Positions 10,218-20,400 of a stretch of DNA of 64,000 bases are shown piece by piece. Source of the stretch: Ignavibacteriota bacterium (lineage in GTDB: Bacteria; Bacteroidota; Ignavibacteria; UBA10030); NCBI GenBank assembly GCA_963701295.1, contig OY969585.1:2944001-3008000 (forward strand), written 5' to 3'. Made by a program: the position numbers and the translations under genes. The notes beneath the pieces were generated by a model. That model was not told the DNA's origin. It ran no database searches and was given only the letters and a program-made list of their open reading frames with translations. Numbering within the stretch: position 1 is the stretch's first letter; the number at the start of each line of letters is the position of its first letter.

Positions 10218-10605
10218 AAGCTGATATTTTCACAGTGGTAGTCGGTAATGCTTTCTCGTGCTTCATTCCTTTCAGTCGAATAGAGGCTGCTGTCTGCAAG
10301 GAAAGTTTTCTTTCGTTCTACTATTCTAAAATAATTGTTATGACTATAAAGTTTGGATAGGAAGTGCAATAAGGTTCTTCTCAAAAGCGACAGTCTCTTG
10401 ACCTGAATAAAGCACGATTCCTCAAATAAACTTACTCCCTCGTTCCTCCGAGAGTAACCGCATAGCTTTGAATGACGCTCCATCATGTATTGGACGATTA
10501 TCGTCCATCATACGGTGGAATATACGGTATAGGGTTTATGTAATTTTAATCTTCTGCTTTAAATTTACATCGTAAAAGAATCATATTCATTTAGCCATCG
10601 AATGA

Positions 10606-10650
10606 ATAAACTCTCCACTACGACCAAAAACCTATCCCTGACGGACTAAT
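10606..10650. repeat. Degenerate heptamer tract G directly after the HEPN stop codon
   Basis: aactctc cactacg accaaaa acctatc cctgacg gactaat; shares ATAAACTC-n3-ACTACGA with 11719-11736. Confidence 0.5.
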
Positions 10651-11096
10651 CATCCATCGTCCTTTTTGTCTAATTGATAAAACGCTAAGATTGCTGTATA
10701 GAAAACCTCCAAATCCTGCAAACGATCACTGAGTATATTTTTTAAAATATCGAGATTGATGGCCTGGTATTCATGCACAACAATATTTCGGAACCCTGCC
10801 ATATGTTCCAAACGGATAGAGAGATCGCCGCTCATAATTCCTTGAAGATGGAGTATATGAAAGTGCTCCTTTAAATCTCGTGGTAATCCGAACCCACCTG
10901 CAGCAATCACATGTGCAGCAAGATCCAGCGCAGCTTGTATTGCACGCTGTAAATTTAAAATAAAAATATCCTGCTTGTCGATATTTTCTAATGCCGCAGG
11001 TTCCAAACCGGTTACATCTCTGATCCGCTGCAGGCAGCGCTGGATAATGGCAACTTTGCCGTACACGATATCCGCATCAAGCATAGATTCGCCCAT
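10650..11096 (-). CDS. HEPN/DUF86 ribonuclease toxin (HepT-like, type VII TA)
   Basis: FRNIVVHEY carries the R-x4-H HEPN motif plus the Tyr; gene overlaps the upstream MNT gene. Confidence 0.9.
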   Translation of the reverse strand: MGESMLDADIVYGKVAIIQRCLQRIRDVTGLEPAALENIDKQDIFILNLQRAIQAALDLAAHVIAAGGFGLPRDLKEHFHILHLQGIMSGDLSIRLEHMAGFRNIVVHEYQAINLDILKNILSDRLQDLEVFYTAILAFYQLDKKDDG

Positions 11097-11499
11097 GTAA
11101 GATGCCCTCTTCTATCGGCTTCCGGATTTGCTTGAGGTCACAATAAGCACCAAGTGTTTGTACGATAAACTTCTGAAGACTCCGTTCATCTCTCACAAAA
11201 AGAAGCTTTCCGAAGCGTAAAACCTGCATCTGGATGATTGGATCTGCCTTCTGCAGCAAAAGCAAATCAATCTCTTCTATTTCCACGCATTCGCGAATAG
11301 ATTGCAAAAGTCGCAACTGCGTTTTGTATACACCGATTTCGGCTTGTGCCGGTAAGAGCACAGCAACATCAATGTCTTCAGGCGCATCGTATGTTAAAAA
11401 AGACCCGAAAACGTACAATGCAAGAATTTCTCTATGGCGTTCTCCAAATACCTTGAGACGGCTATATACTTCCTGTTTTTGTCCATCATTAAAAACCAT
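11077..11499 (-). CDS. Minimal nucleotidyltransferase antitoxin (MntA-like)
   Basis: YVFGS...EDIDVAV (GS..DxD) and IDLLLL; paired with HEPN. Confidence 0.88.
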   Translation of the reverse strand: MVFNDGQKQEVYSRLKVFGERHREILALYVFGSFLTYDAPEDIDVAVLLPAQAEIGVYKTQLRLLQSIRECVEIEEIDLLLLQKADPIIQMQVLRFGKLLFVRDERSLQKFIVQTLGAYCDLKQIRKPIEEGILHGRIYA

Positions 11500-11643
11500 A
11501 CTCTATTCGCCACATCCATTGAACATCGCTTGAACAACAGAGAAAATATAATCAAATTTACAGAAAGATTCATACAAAAACTTATAGACACAAAGCGATC
11601 ACCCCTGTCCTTCGCAAGTTCCTTCTATGACTATTGGGAGAGC

Positions 11644-11692
11644 GAATGATGAATTGCGATTGAAGAAACGAGAATGTTGAATAAAGAACTGC
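11644..11692. repeat. Heptamer tract D (7 units, GAA register)
   Basis: gaatgat gaattgc gattgaa gaaacga gaatgtt gaataaa gaactgc. Confidence 0.6.
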
Positions 11693-11721
11693 GCAATTTC
11701 TTAGACATTGACGGTTAGATA

Positions 11722-11786
11722 AACTCCCAACTACGAACTAATAAACTATGCACAAAGCACTACGCACTAAAACACTAAGAACTATA
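11722..11786. repeat. Heptamer tract C (about 9 units, core (A/C)ACTA), containing the wzz stop codon
   Basis: aactccc aactacg aactaat a aactatg cacaaag cactacg cactaaa a cactaag aactata. Confidence 0.75.
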
Positions 11787-12804
11787 ATCTTCTAAATATT
11801 CCATACCATCCTTGAATATTCTTCCCATACTTTTGCTCAATAATACGATATCCGCAAGAACCAATAAACGCCAGCATCATCGATACGAGAACAATGACTC
11901 TTCGTTTTGGCCTTTCTTTACTTGCAGCCGCACGGGCATAATCCATGACACTAATGATGGGAGTAGTCCGAATCTCTTCGATCTTGACAAGTTCATATTG
12001 CTTCTTTAATTCCACATACATCGTAGAATTGATTTGCATTTCCCGCATCAGCCGCTCCTGATCGAGAAGCAGCTGCGGCGAGCCGCTGATCGATCTATTC
12101 TTTTCACGAAAATCCTTGAGTGCATTTTCCGCTTTTGAAAGGTCTTCCTTCACTTCCACCAGCCGCGCTTCGATCCATTTCCTCTGTTCCGAGGCATTGG
12201 TGTTTCTCTTTGTCCGGATAAATTTATCCGCTGCACGAATTGTGGTATTTAGGATGTCTGCCGATAACTGAGGCTCTGCTGTTTCAATGGACATCGTCAA
12301 CACCGCTGTTTTAAGATCCAGAGCAACATCCAATCCATTACGAAGATTCAGCAGTGCAACTTCATACTCCCGTTCTGGATTCTTTTCCTTAATCTTCCAG
12401 TATTGAATGAGGTCGACAGAATCAGGATATTCTTTCGTTTGGTACTTTGTAAGGATGACCGCTTTTAACACCGATTCGCTTTTCAGAATTATTGGATACA
12501 ATTTTACAATCGATCCTTCTCCGCCAACATTGACACCCGCCATAGCTGCAAGGTCCGTCAAGCCTCCGCCTAACGATCCAAGCTTAGATTTATCCGTATC
12601 CGGCAAGAGCACCGCTGTCGATTTGAAAGATTCCGGCAAGAGCAAACTAATAATTATTGCCAATACTGTTACGGCACCGGTAACAATTCCAATAAACTTT
12701 CTGGATTGCCACAGAAGCGAAAGGATATTCATCCAATCGATTCGGGATTCACCCTCCGTGAGTTGATTGGAAGATTCGTCGGTATTTTGAGATGGAGTTT
12801 TCAA
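11782..12804 (-). CDS. wzz: Polysaccharide chain-length determinant (Wzz/GNVR family)
   Basis: Two terminal TM helices, FKSTAVLLP, central coiled coil, and KERPKR before TM2; TTG start. Confidence 0.88.
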   Translation of the reverse strand: MKTPSQNTDESSNQLTEGESRIDWMNILSLLWQSRKFIGIVTGAVTVLAIIISLLLPESFKSTAVLLPDTDKSKLGSLGGGLTDLAAMAGVNVGGEGSIVKLYPIILKSESVLKAVILTKYQTKEYPDSVDLIQYWKIKEKNPEREYEVALLNLRNGLDVALDLKTAVLTMSIETAEPQLSADILNTTIRAADKFIRTKRNTNASEQRKWIEARLVEVKEDLSKAENALKDFREKNRSISGSPQLLLDQERLMREMQINSTMYVELKKQYELVKIEEIRTTPIISVMDYARAAASKERPKRRVIVLVSMMLAFIGSCGYRIIEQKYGKNIQGWYGIFRRL

Positions 12805-12807
12805 TGT

Positions 12808-12863
12808 TAATCAGTGGTTAGTTATATGTGATAAGTAATTGGTTATTAGTGATAAATTATAAG
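12808..12863. repeat. Heptamer tract B (8 units, consensus TGATAAG), inverted partner of tract A
   Basis: taatcag tggttag ttatatg tgataag taattgg ttattag tgataaa ttataag; the last unit holds the four-helix-bundle stop codon. Confidence 0.8.
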
Positions 12864-13228
12864 TCGTTTTTGCTAATGCTTCTGATAAGACCGCTTAAAA
12901 GCCGCTCCACTTCAGACAATCGTTCATTTGCAATGATATTTGTCTCCTCATGAATGAAATCCAATCTGTGAGATATTTCAATCTGCGCGTCAATTTCGCT
13001 GAGTGAACCTTGTGCCATATTTAAGAAATGAATTTTATCTTTTCTCGTTCTTCGCGTCAATCCTTCTGAAATATTAGAGGGAACAGAAACGGCTGCACGC
13101 CGCAGTTGAGACTTCAGTCCAAATTCTTCTTCGCGCGGAAATTGTTTTGTAATTTCATACAAGTACACGACAAGATCAATTGCCTTCGACCATAATTGTA
13201 ACTTCTTATGCGGTTTTTGCCTTTCCAC
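12857..13228 (-). CDS. Four-helix-bundle protein (23S rRNA intervening-sequence protein / bAvd-like, TIGR02436)
   Basis: HKKLQLW, FPREEEFGLKSQLRRAAVSVPSNISEG and FLNMAQGSLSEIDAQ are family signatures; GTG start with AGGAAG upstream. Confidence 0.93.
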   Translation of the reverse strand: MERQKPHKKLQLWSKAIDLVVYLYEITKQFPREEEFGLKSQLRRAAVSVPSNISEGLTRRTRKDKIHFLNMAQGSLSEIDAQIEISHRLDFIHEETNIIANERLSEVERLLSGLIRSISKNDL

Positions 13229-13234
13229 TTAAAT

Positions 13235-13325
13235 CTTCCTACTTATCATTTCTAACTTATCACCTATTACTTATCACTTATCACTTCTAACTTATCACTT
13301 CTTGCTTATCACCTATTACTTATCA
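13235..13325. repeat. Heptamer tract A (13 units, 7 perfect CTTATCA)
   Basis: cttccta cttatca tttctaa cttatca cctatta cttatca cttatca cttctaa cttatca cttcttg cttatca cctatta cttatca. Confidence 0.95.
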
Positions 13326-15728
13326 TTTTGTGACTTGTACAATCGCGATCATCATCGTAGCAATGCTGACCATAATTGTCGCCCAATCTCGAAGAATAGG
13401 CAATGTCTTGCTTTCTCTCTCAATCTTCTTTGGGACAAATACCGTGCTTCCGCCAAGTATTTCCGGATTGGGGAAAATAAACCATCCCTCTTCCCACTTT
13501 TTACCGTTGGGTAATGTGACAAAAATTCTATCGTCATCGGCTTCATCTTTCAAGCCGCCCGCCTGTTCCAAATAATAGCTGAGACTTGCTCCTTTTTTAT
13601 AGACAACCGCCGCCGGCACAAACACTTCACCGCGCACCATAATAACTTCCTGCTGAAAAGAGATTGTAATAGAATCACCTGCGAGTAATTTAAGATTCTC
13701 TGAGGATTCAGTATCCTGAAGAGCTTTTTTGAAATCGATAGGCACCAAGCCGGCATTGTTCCATTTTCGGATCAGTGTCGATCCTTCCACATATGCCCCC
13801 AGCCGCAAACCGCCTGCCCGTTTAATGATGCTGGAAAGTTTTTCACCTTCATTTTGTAGTGCATACGCTCCTGGGTACAAAACATATCCTCTTACCCAAA
13901 CGACCCTTTCCCTATTGTATTTAGGATTTGAGGGAACCATCAGATGATCGAAATCTTTCAGAAAGCCGATTTGTGCCCAATGGTCTGCCCAGTAGTCTTC
14001 AGGTGCGTTAAACTTCGTAATGGTGCTCAGATACCCGACCTTTGTCGTATCCATCCTTGCTAATTCCCATGACTTAAGAGACGCTTCTTCTGTGAGTCCG
14101 CCAGCCACGACGACAAGGTCTGAGATTGTCATACTATCGTACCGCGTGTAGGTGCCGGGATTCCTTACCGCGCCGCCTACACTGACAGTATGTTCCGGAA
14201 AAAATTGGCTTTCTTTATAGACGACGAGAGAATCTTCATTTTTTAATTCAATATTGTTAAGTGAATCCTCGCTCAGCGCAAGCCGCGGATTGAACGAAAT
14301 GACTTCCCGGCGAAGGTTTGGCTGCATGCGAAAGAGTGTTGCGCGCTCGGAAAATGTGTTGCGCTCAAGGCTGTCTGCCGAAAGAAGAAGGTCTTTTATA
14401 TGCATACCCGGCTGTAACTCAAACACACCGGGTTTCTTAACATTTCCCCGAATCGTTACCCGATTCTGCGGCAGCAATCCCACTTGAAAGATTGTTATAA
14501 TATCGCCGTCCTTCATCACGGTATTGCTTGTTTCAAGGTCCTGCCGGGAATTAAAACGCAGATCAAAGTCTAAAAAGTTTTTCGCATAGTTTTTCCGGTC
14601 TTCAAACGGGATCAGGCGCTCAATATGAATTCGGTCGGCATAGGCATCGAATCGTAAACCGCCGGCATACTTTAATAATTCACCAAGATTCTCGGATTCG
14701 TTCAATTCGTAGAGAGCAGGCCTTAAAATCCATCCTGTGATGCCGACCCTGATTCCGACAGGCTTGATAAATACAATATCGCCATCTTGCAAACGAATGT
14801 CTTTTGATTTATCTGCACGCAAGGCATAGTCGTAGAAATCAAGTGTGCTGACTGCTTTTCCATTTCGGATAATTTGAATATTCCTCAGACTGCCATTGAT
14901 CGTCGGCCCGCCCGAAAGATAGAGAGCATGAAGTGCAGACGATAAAGAAGAAAGAGAATAACCGCCCGGCTTTTGTACTTCGCCTAACACAAACACCTGA
15001 ATTGTTCTCACTTTTCCGAGAGAGATATCCAAAAAGGAAGAAGCGCCATGTTCGCCGTTTTTGAGGCTTGAGTACACAGAAGTCATACGATTGAGCATCT
15101 TTTCGCGAAGCTGTGGAATTGTCATCCCGCTCGCAGGCACGGGGCCAACATCGGGAACAAGAATGCTTCCCTCTCGATTGACAGGTACTTGGTAGAACAA
15201 CTTTGTGTCGCCCCACACGGAAACTATAACTTCGTCGCCGGGCCCGAGTGCATAAGAAGGCGGTGTCGCAATATTCAGGATTGGCTCAAACGTAGAAGCA
15301 GCGAAATGAAAAATCGTGTACCCAAACGGCTGCAGATTTTCCACAGTTCTGCCGGTGAATCCTTGGACAGTGTATTCCTTCTTTTCGATAGGAATTTCGA
15401 CTTTCATTATCGGTGAAACATTTGCTGAAGAAGCCGGTACGAATGAGGATGATGCCGGAATCTGTGAAACGCCTTGACCCTGTAGTGCTCCAGGAATCGG
15501 CTGCATCTTACCTAAATATTCTTCCAGATTGATATTTAATGCAGATGCCCGATTGATAGCTTCTTCCCGAGTGATTCCCAATTCTTTGAGCTTCTGATCA
15601 ATTTCTTCCGGAGTCATGCTTTTGAGCACAGTTTCCGCTTGAGCTTTTGTCTGCGACGATGCTCGGAAAGAATAAAAGGAAGTGCCTATGAGCAATCCTG
15701 CGCATAGGAGGAACAAATATCTACTCAT
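13323..15728 (-). CDS. Polysaccharide export protein with repeated SLBB domains (Wza/KpsD-like)
   Basis: Signal peptide, Poly_export motif YALGPGDEV, repeated VxGxVxxPGxY...AGG SLBB units and a C-terminal hydrophobic helix. Confidence 0.9.
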   Translation of the reverse strand: MSRYLFLLCAGLLIGTSFYSFRASSQTKAQAETVLKSMTPEEIDQKLKELGITREEAINRASALNINLEEYLGKMQPIPGALQGQGVSQIPASSSFVPASSANVSPIMKVEIPIEKKEYTVQGFTGRTVENLQPFGYTIFHFAASTFEPILNIATPPSYALGPGDEVIVSVWGDTKLFYQVPVNREGSILVPDVGPVPASGMTIPQLREKMLNRMTSVYSSLKNGEHGASSFLDISLGKVRTIQVFVLGEVQKPGGYSLSSLSSALHALYLSGGPTINGSLRNIQIIRNGKAVSTLDFYDYALRADKSKDIRLQDGDIVFIKPVGIRVGITGWILRPALYELNESENLGELLKYAGGLRFDAYADRIHIERLIPFEDRKNYAKNFLDFDLRFNSRQDLETSNTVMKDGDIITIFQVGLLPQNRVTIRGNVKKPGVFELQPGMHIKDLLLSADSLERNTFSERATLFRMQPNLRREVISFNPRLALSEDSLNNIELKNEDSLVVYKESQFFPEHTVSVGGAVRNPGTYTRYDSMTISDLVVVAGGLTEEASLKSWELARMDTTKVGYLSTITKFNAPEDYWADHWAQIGFLKDFDHLMVPSNPKYNRERVVWVRGYVLYPGAYALQNEGEKLSSIIKRAGGLRLGAYVEGSTLIRKWNNAGLVPIDFKKALQDTESSENLKLLAGDSITISFQQEVIMVRGEVFVPAAVVYKKGASLSYYLEQAGGLKDEADDDRIFVTLPNGKKWEEGWFIFPNPEILGGSTVFVPKKIERESKTLPILRDWATIMVSIATMMIAIVQVTK

Positions 15729-15852
15729 GATGTACCCCTTCAGTATCGAATATCAGCGTATAACCTTTACAATATAATTCTTCGATCACAATAAAATTGT
15801 TTTTTTTAGTTTTACAGAATAAGAGTATCCATTATGTATTCTGTAGTGCATA

Positions 15853-16347
15853 CTACAAGCGTTCAAAAAAGGATTTCAGCAATTTCCACGTCTTGCGAAT
15901 ATCCTCGGAAATCATCTTCGTCTCAGCCACTACCGGCATAAAGTTCGTGTCGCCATTCCATCTGGGAACAAGATGGAAGTGAATGTGTTTGTCAATGCCG
16001 GCACCCGCAACCCTTCCTACATTCGCGCCAAAATTAAATCCATCCGGCGTACTGTCCTTGTGCAGCGCTTGCATGCACCGTGCAACGGTTTTCATAACTT
16101 CCAGGTTTGCCTTATCCGTCAGTTTACCCATCGATGGAGTGTGCATATAGGGCACAACCATCACATGACCGTTGTTATACGGATACCTGTTCATCACGAC
16201 AAAACATTCTTTTCCGCGCCACACGATAAGGTTTTTGGTATCATCGTGTTCCTTTGCGATTCTACAAAAGAGGCATCCCCTTGATTTCTTGCCGCCTTGA
16301 AAGGATTGTATATAGGCCGATCTCCACGGAGAAAATAGGCGCTTCAT
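15853..16347 (-). CDS. HIT-family nucleotide hydrolase
   Basis: PWR, CLFC, NRYPYNNGH and HIHFHLVPRW motifs. Confidence 0.93.
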   Translation of the reverse strand: MKRLFSPWRSAYIQSFQGGKKSRGCLFCRIAKEHDDTKNLIVWRGKECFVVMNRYPYNNGHVMVVPYMHTPSMGKLTDKANLEVMKTVARCMQALHKDSTPDGFNFGANVGRVAGAGIDKHIHFHLVPRWNGDTNFMPVVAETKMISEDIRKTWKLLKSFFERL

Positions 16348-16527
16348 CTTACTACCGTCTCTTCCATGAGTGTTGAGTGCAGCAAAGTCAATGCATAGTT
16401 CATAGGCATCTCTCCACCCGACTTTTTCTTAGCAATGTATCAAACAAAGATATATCAATCAAGATGGCACAACGAGTAGGCGTATTCTCTGGAGAGCAGC
16501 ACTTTGCCACTTTTTCGACATTCTTTA

Positions 16528-17460
16528 TCATAATTCATACTCCAGATGAAGAGTAGGGACGAACTCTACGATATTTCCGTAAATCCGCCTCGATTCAATA
16601 TGGCCCTGCAATTTAATCCTATGATTTAACTTTGATGCATTCCACGCCGCCTCCAGTGCGCTCAATACATGGTTCGCAACGATGACATAGGAAACGGTAG
16701 TAGCAATAGTATAAAAACTATTTGCGTCCCCCCTCATTTTGGCGTAGGCAAGAAACTCGGGCGACACATTGCCTATTCCATTATCTCCAAGTACATCTGC
16801 TTTTGTGAACCCCGTTGCATCACTCCAGCCGCTGCCGAACTGAGAATATTTTCCGATCATTTCATAATATTGCTGGTCGCCATGCGGTGCAAGCTGGTGC
16901 GTAAAACCTGTCGGTTGAATAGCCATGTTTCCGCCTATTGCAGACTCAGCAGCATTCAATTCATTCCAGTTGACCCGTTCCCACGGTTTAAGACTCTGAT
17001 CTGGCTTGATAGAAATTGCCTCACCGAAGTTCGCATTGACCCAAGCAGCATAGGTGACCACCGACCAGTTTTCGTCTGCATAATTTTGAAAAAGGTTCGT
17101 TTGATTGTCGCCTTTCTTTTCGTATGTCGCATAGATAACCCACATCAATACTTCTGCCCCGAAGAACGCGGCACTCTGCCAGTAATTTTTCGTATACAAT
17201 TGCCCTGCACCCGGGATGACAGCGGAGAATAATCCGGCTCTCACCGGAGAGTATATTCTCTTATAGACTACTTTACTCTCTGCCACAGAACTATCTACAC
17301 TGGTCATGCCATCGTTATCCATCGACAAATCGTACTGCAAATTGCCTGTCAGGAAGCGCGCTCCGTTCTGATCTGCAGGATCAATTCTGTATTGTCCATG
17401 CATATTCATGCACAAAAGAACAAGGCCGCAGATTTCCAAAATCATCATCCGGAATTTCAT
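16528..17460 (-). CDS. Exported hypothetical protein (DUF5683-like N-terminal motif)
   Basis: Signal peptide, SPVRAGLFSAVIPGAGQLY and QYYEMIGKY. Confidence 0.6.
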   Translation of the reverse strand: MKFRMMILEICGLVLLCMNMHGQYRIDPADQNGARFLTGNLQYDLSMDNDGMTSVDSSVAESKVVYKRIYSPVRAGLFSAVIPGAGQLYTKNYWQSAAFFGAEVLMWVIYATYEKKGDNQTNLFQNYADENWSVVTYAAWVNANFGEAISIKPDQSLKPWERVNWNELNAAESAIGGNMAIQPTGFTHQLAPHGDQQYYEMIGKYSQFGSGWSDATGFTKADVLGDNGIGNVSPEFLAYAKMRGDANSFYTIATTVSYVIVANHVLSALEAAWNASKLNHRIKLQGHIESRRIYGNIVEFVPTLHLEYEL

Positions 17461-17463
17461 GTT

Positions 17464-20400
17464 TCACCTCATAAATTGACGTGGAAGAATATCGTTCAAT
17501 TCAAATCCGAATAACACACCTAAATAGAAGCGCCATTCGTGTCCATACTGTACAGTCGTCGTATTGATATCTACGACATTTCGTGAAAATTGATCCAGGC
17601 CATAGGCGCCTGAGAAAAAGATACGCGTGGGATATGCATAGAAGGAATATGTCTCAAGCCGGAGCTCAAAGCCAACATCCCGCTTCCACTGGTCTATGGA
17701 AGGTGCTTTGCCGGACCATGCATCTCCTATATCGTAAAATACAGATCCAAAAAGCTTTTTAAAATAGAGCTGGAGGACTCGGAAATTAAGTTCGGTCTCA
17801 AGAGGAAATCGATATGTCGCGTTGAGTGCTACGGTCTTGTTGCCGCCGATTGCGTAGAAGGGATACCCCCTCATTCCGACAAATCCGCCCGCATAGTAAT
17901 CAAAAAACTCATCGACTGAATGGCCAAGGATGCCATCTGCATTGAGCCCCAGTGTGAGAGTCTGCTGAGAGAGCGGAAGCGCTATGTGTTCTGTCCAATT
18001 CAGTTCGAGCCGATGAAAGTAATAGGGAGTATAAATAGGAAATCGAAACCCATTCTCTTTATTTTCTCCTGTGGAATCGGTCGGATTATATTTATCCATC
18101 TCATACAGATATTTTAATGAGAATGTTCTCCCAACCGGATTGATCTCTTTATCGACTGTTCGCAGAATACCATCATACTTGAGCTGTGCCGAAAATGTAT
18201 TGCCGATAAGATACGTAGATCGCGATGCCGGAATCACTCCGAGATTTTGTTCATCAGGAATTGAATAAAACCAACTTCCAAAATTTTGATTGTATTGACT
18301 CAGTGTATATGCCAGTATCAATTCACAGTTTTCAGAGAACACATTTTGTTTGAGCGAAAAATCAAACTCAAAAAGGTCATAGGTGACGTCGGTTTCAAAT
18401 TTCAGCGGGTTGGGATTCCACGGAAGTTCAAACGATATATTTCGCGAACGTGAAATATTATAAAGTTCCAGAGAAGCTGTTGGCTCCAATCCTATTTGAT
18501 ACAGGAGGGGTAAGCGGCCTCTATATTCGACATCGAGAAAAAGATCACGTTCCCATTTCCTGTTTATTGCAGCACCGCCAAAAAAATCCATTTTATCGAG
18601 CATTTCTGAGGAACTTACAAACAAGCCCGGCTTGATCATATCCAGGACATTACCGCTTTGTGTGTAGTTATCAAAACGGAGCAGCGGTATTAATGAAATG
18701 CTTGTGAAGACAGACTTGTAGGGCTTCGCCGGATATGCTGCAGTGTCTTGAATATGAAAATGATTCTCGCTCGCGACCAAAGACAGCGCACCTGCTCTCG
18801 ACTCATCCATCTTCTTAGGCTGACCGAAAGAAAGCGAGCGATCCACAGCTAAATAATTTGATACAGAAACCGATGCATTGCTAGAGTCGTGACGGACAGA
18901 AGCGATCTTATATCCTGAAGATGTATACGTCACATAGATCAAGTTGCCTTTTTGATCAAGCGTTGGAAGAAAAGCGCTTCCCAGAACGCTTGTTTCCTGT
19001 TGTTCCATATTCGTCTTGAGATTGAGCGAGTAAATATTAAATATTCCGCCTCTATCCCATGAATAATACAGGATTGAATCTGAAGCGAAGAATGGATTCC
19101 GACAATCGCCTGAATGGGACAAGAGTTGATAATTCTCCCCATTTGAATCGATGAGAGCCACCGATTGATTGTGTTCTACAGAATATCCGAATGCAATTTT
19201 TTTTCCATCCTTCGACCAAATCGGAGTGTAGACTTGTTCGCCATTATGAAAATGTGTCAACTGAGAATTGTTCTTTCCATTCGTATCACAGACGGCAAGA
19301 TTCAGCGTCCCGTCGCTTCCAGACGTATAGACAATTTTTTTCCCGTCGGAAGATACCTTGGGGTTAAATGCACGCAAGCCATATGTTAAGCGTTCCTCTT
19401 TTTCTGCCGCAATATTGTACTTGAAGAGATCACTGTATGCAGACCAGTGCGGATTATTGCGCGTGATTCGCGCGTAATAAATATTCTGTCCGTTTGGAGA
19501 AAAGGAAAGAGTTGAATTCGCTTGCGGAACGATCATTTTTGTTTTCTTTGTTGTTCGGTCATAGACATAGACACTTGTTAAAGAAGAATAATCCATGCCT
19601 TTATTCGAGATATAGGCAATCGAAGCACCATCCGGTGAAACGACAGGATAGAAATTCCAGAATCCTTCGTTCTCGATGATTTCCTCATTCGTGCGCATCG
19701 AACGCAAAGAATCCGCCAAGGGTTTGTACTGAAGTGTTTTTTCTTTCTTCCATTCTTCGTAGAGCTCTTTGCCTGTTATTCCCACCGACGCTTCGATGGC
19801 TCCATCCATAGTCAAGCGGAACGGTGCTGCAAGCTGCCTTGATATGTCCCGAAGTTTATCGACACCATAGTGTTGAGCAATATATCCGACGAGTGAAAAG
19901 CCTGCATTATAAACCGATTCACTCCCCAATGATGTCTTTTCAAAAAATCCCATTTCTTCCCATGAGAGCGGATTTCCATCACTCATGTACATCCGTAAAA
20001 TCATATCGCGGTGGGTATCCCATCTGTCATATTGAAATGAAGGATTATTGTACTGCGCGGTTCCTTCTGCAAACCAGCTGGGCACGACAAAACCGGAAAT
20101 AGGGTACGAGACAATAACATTGGGATATCCATACAACACATCCGGACGCCGCTCTGCTTCATAGCCAAGCCATTGGAAATAAATGCCAGGAACTTTCCTG
20201 CTAAATTTTAGTGCTGTTTGAATCTGAACGATATGAGTAAATTCGTGCGTGACGACATTCCATAACCATGGATGTGTCCCCCGCAATTCAAAATCCATTG
20301 CGGACGCCCAGATCACAATTCTATTATTGATGAAATCTGTGCCGCCGTTGGAATAATCGTCATAGTCACAGATAACAAAATTAACCCGCGAATCAGGTTC

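Noticed and set aside
10094-10486. 130-aa ORF as a real gene
   Set aside because: It runs through heptamer tract E, giving low-complexity F/S/L/Y sequence, and through relic DNA; no coherent domain.
12857-13228. Diversity-generating retroelement, suggested by the Avd-like protein
   Set aside because: No reverse transcriptase and no template/variable repeat pair with adenine-specific mismatches in the window. The wzz relic differs from wzz by indels and substitutions at all bases.
13235-13325. CRISPR array
   Set aside because: Units are contiguous 7-mers with no spacers, and no cas genes are present.
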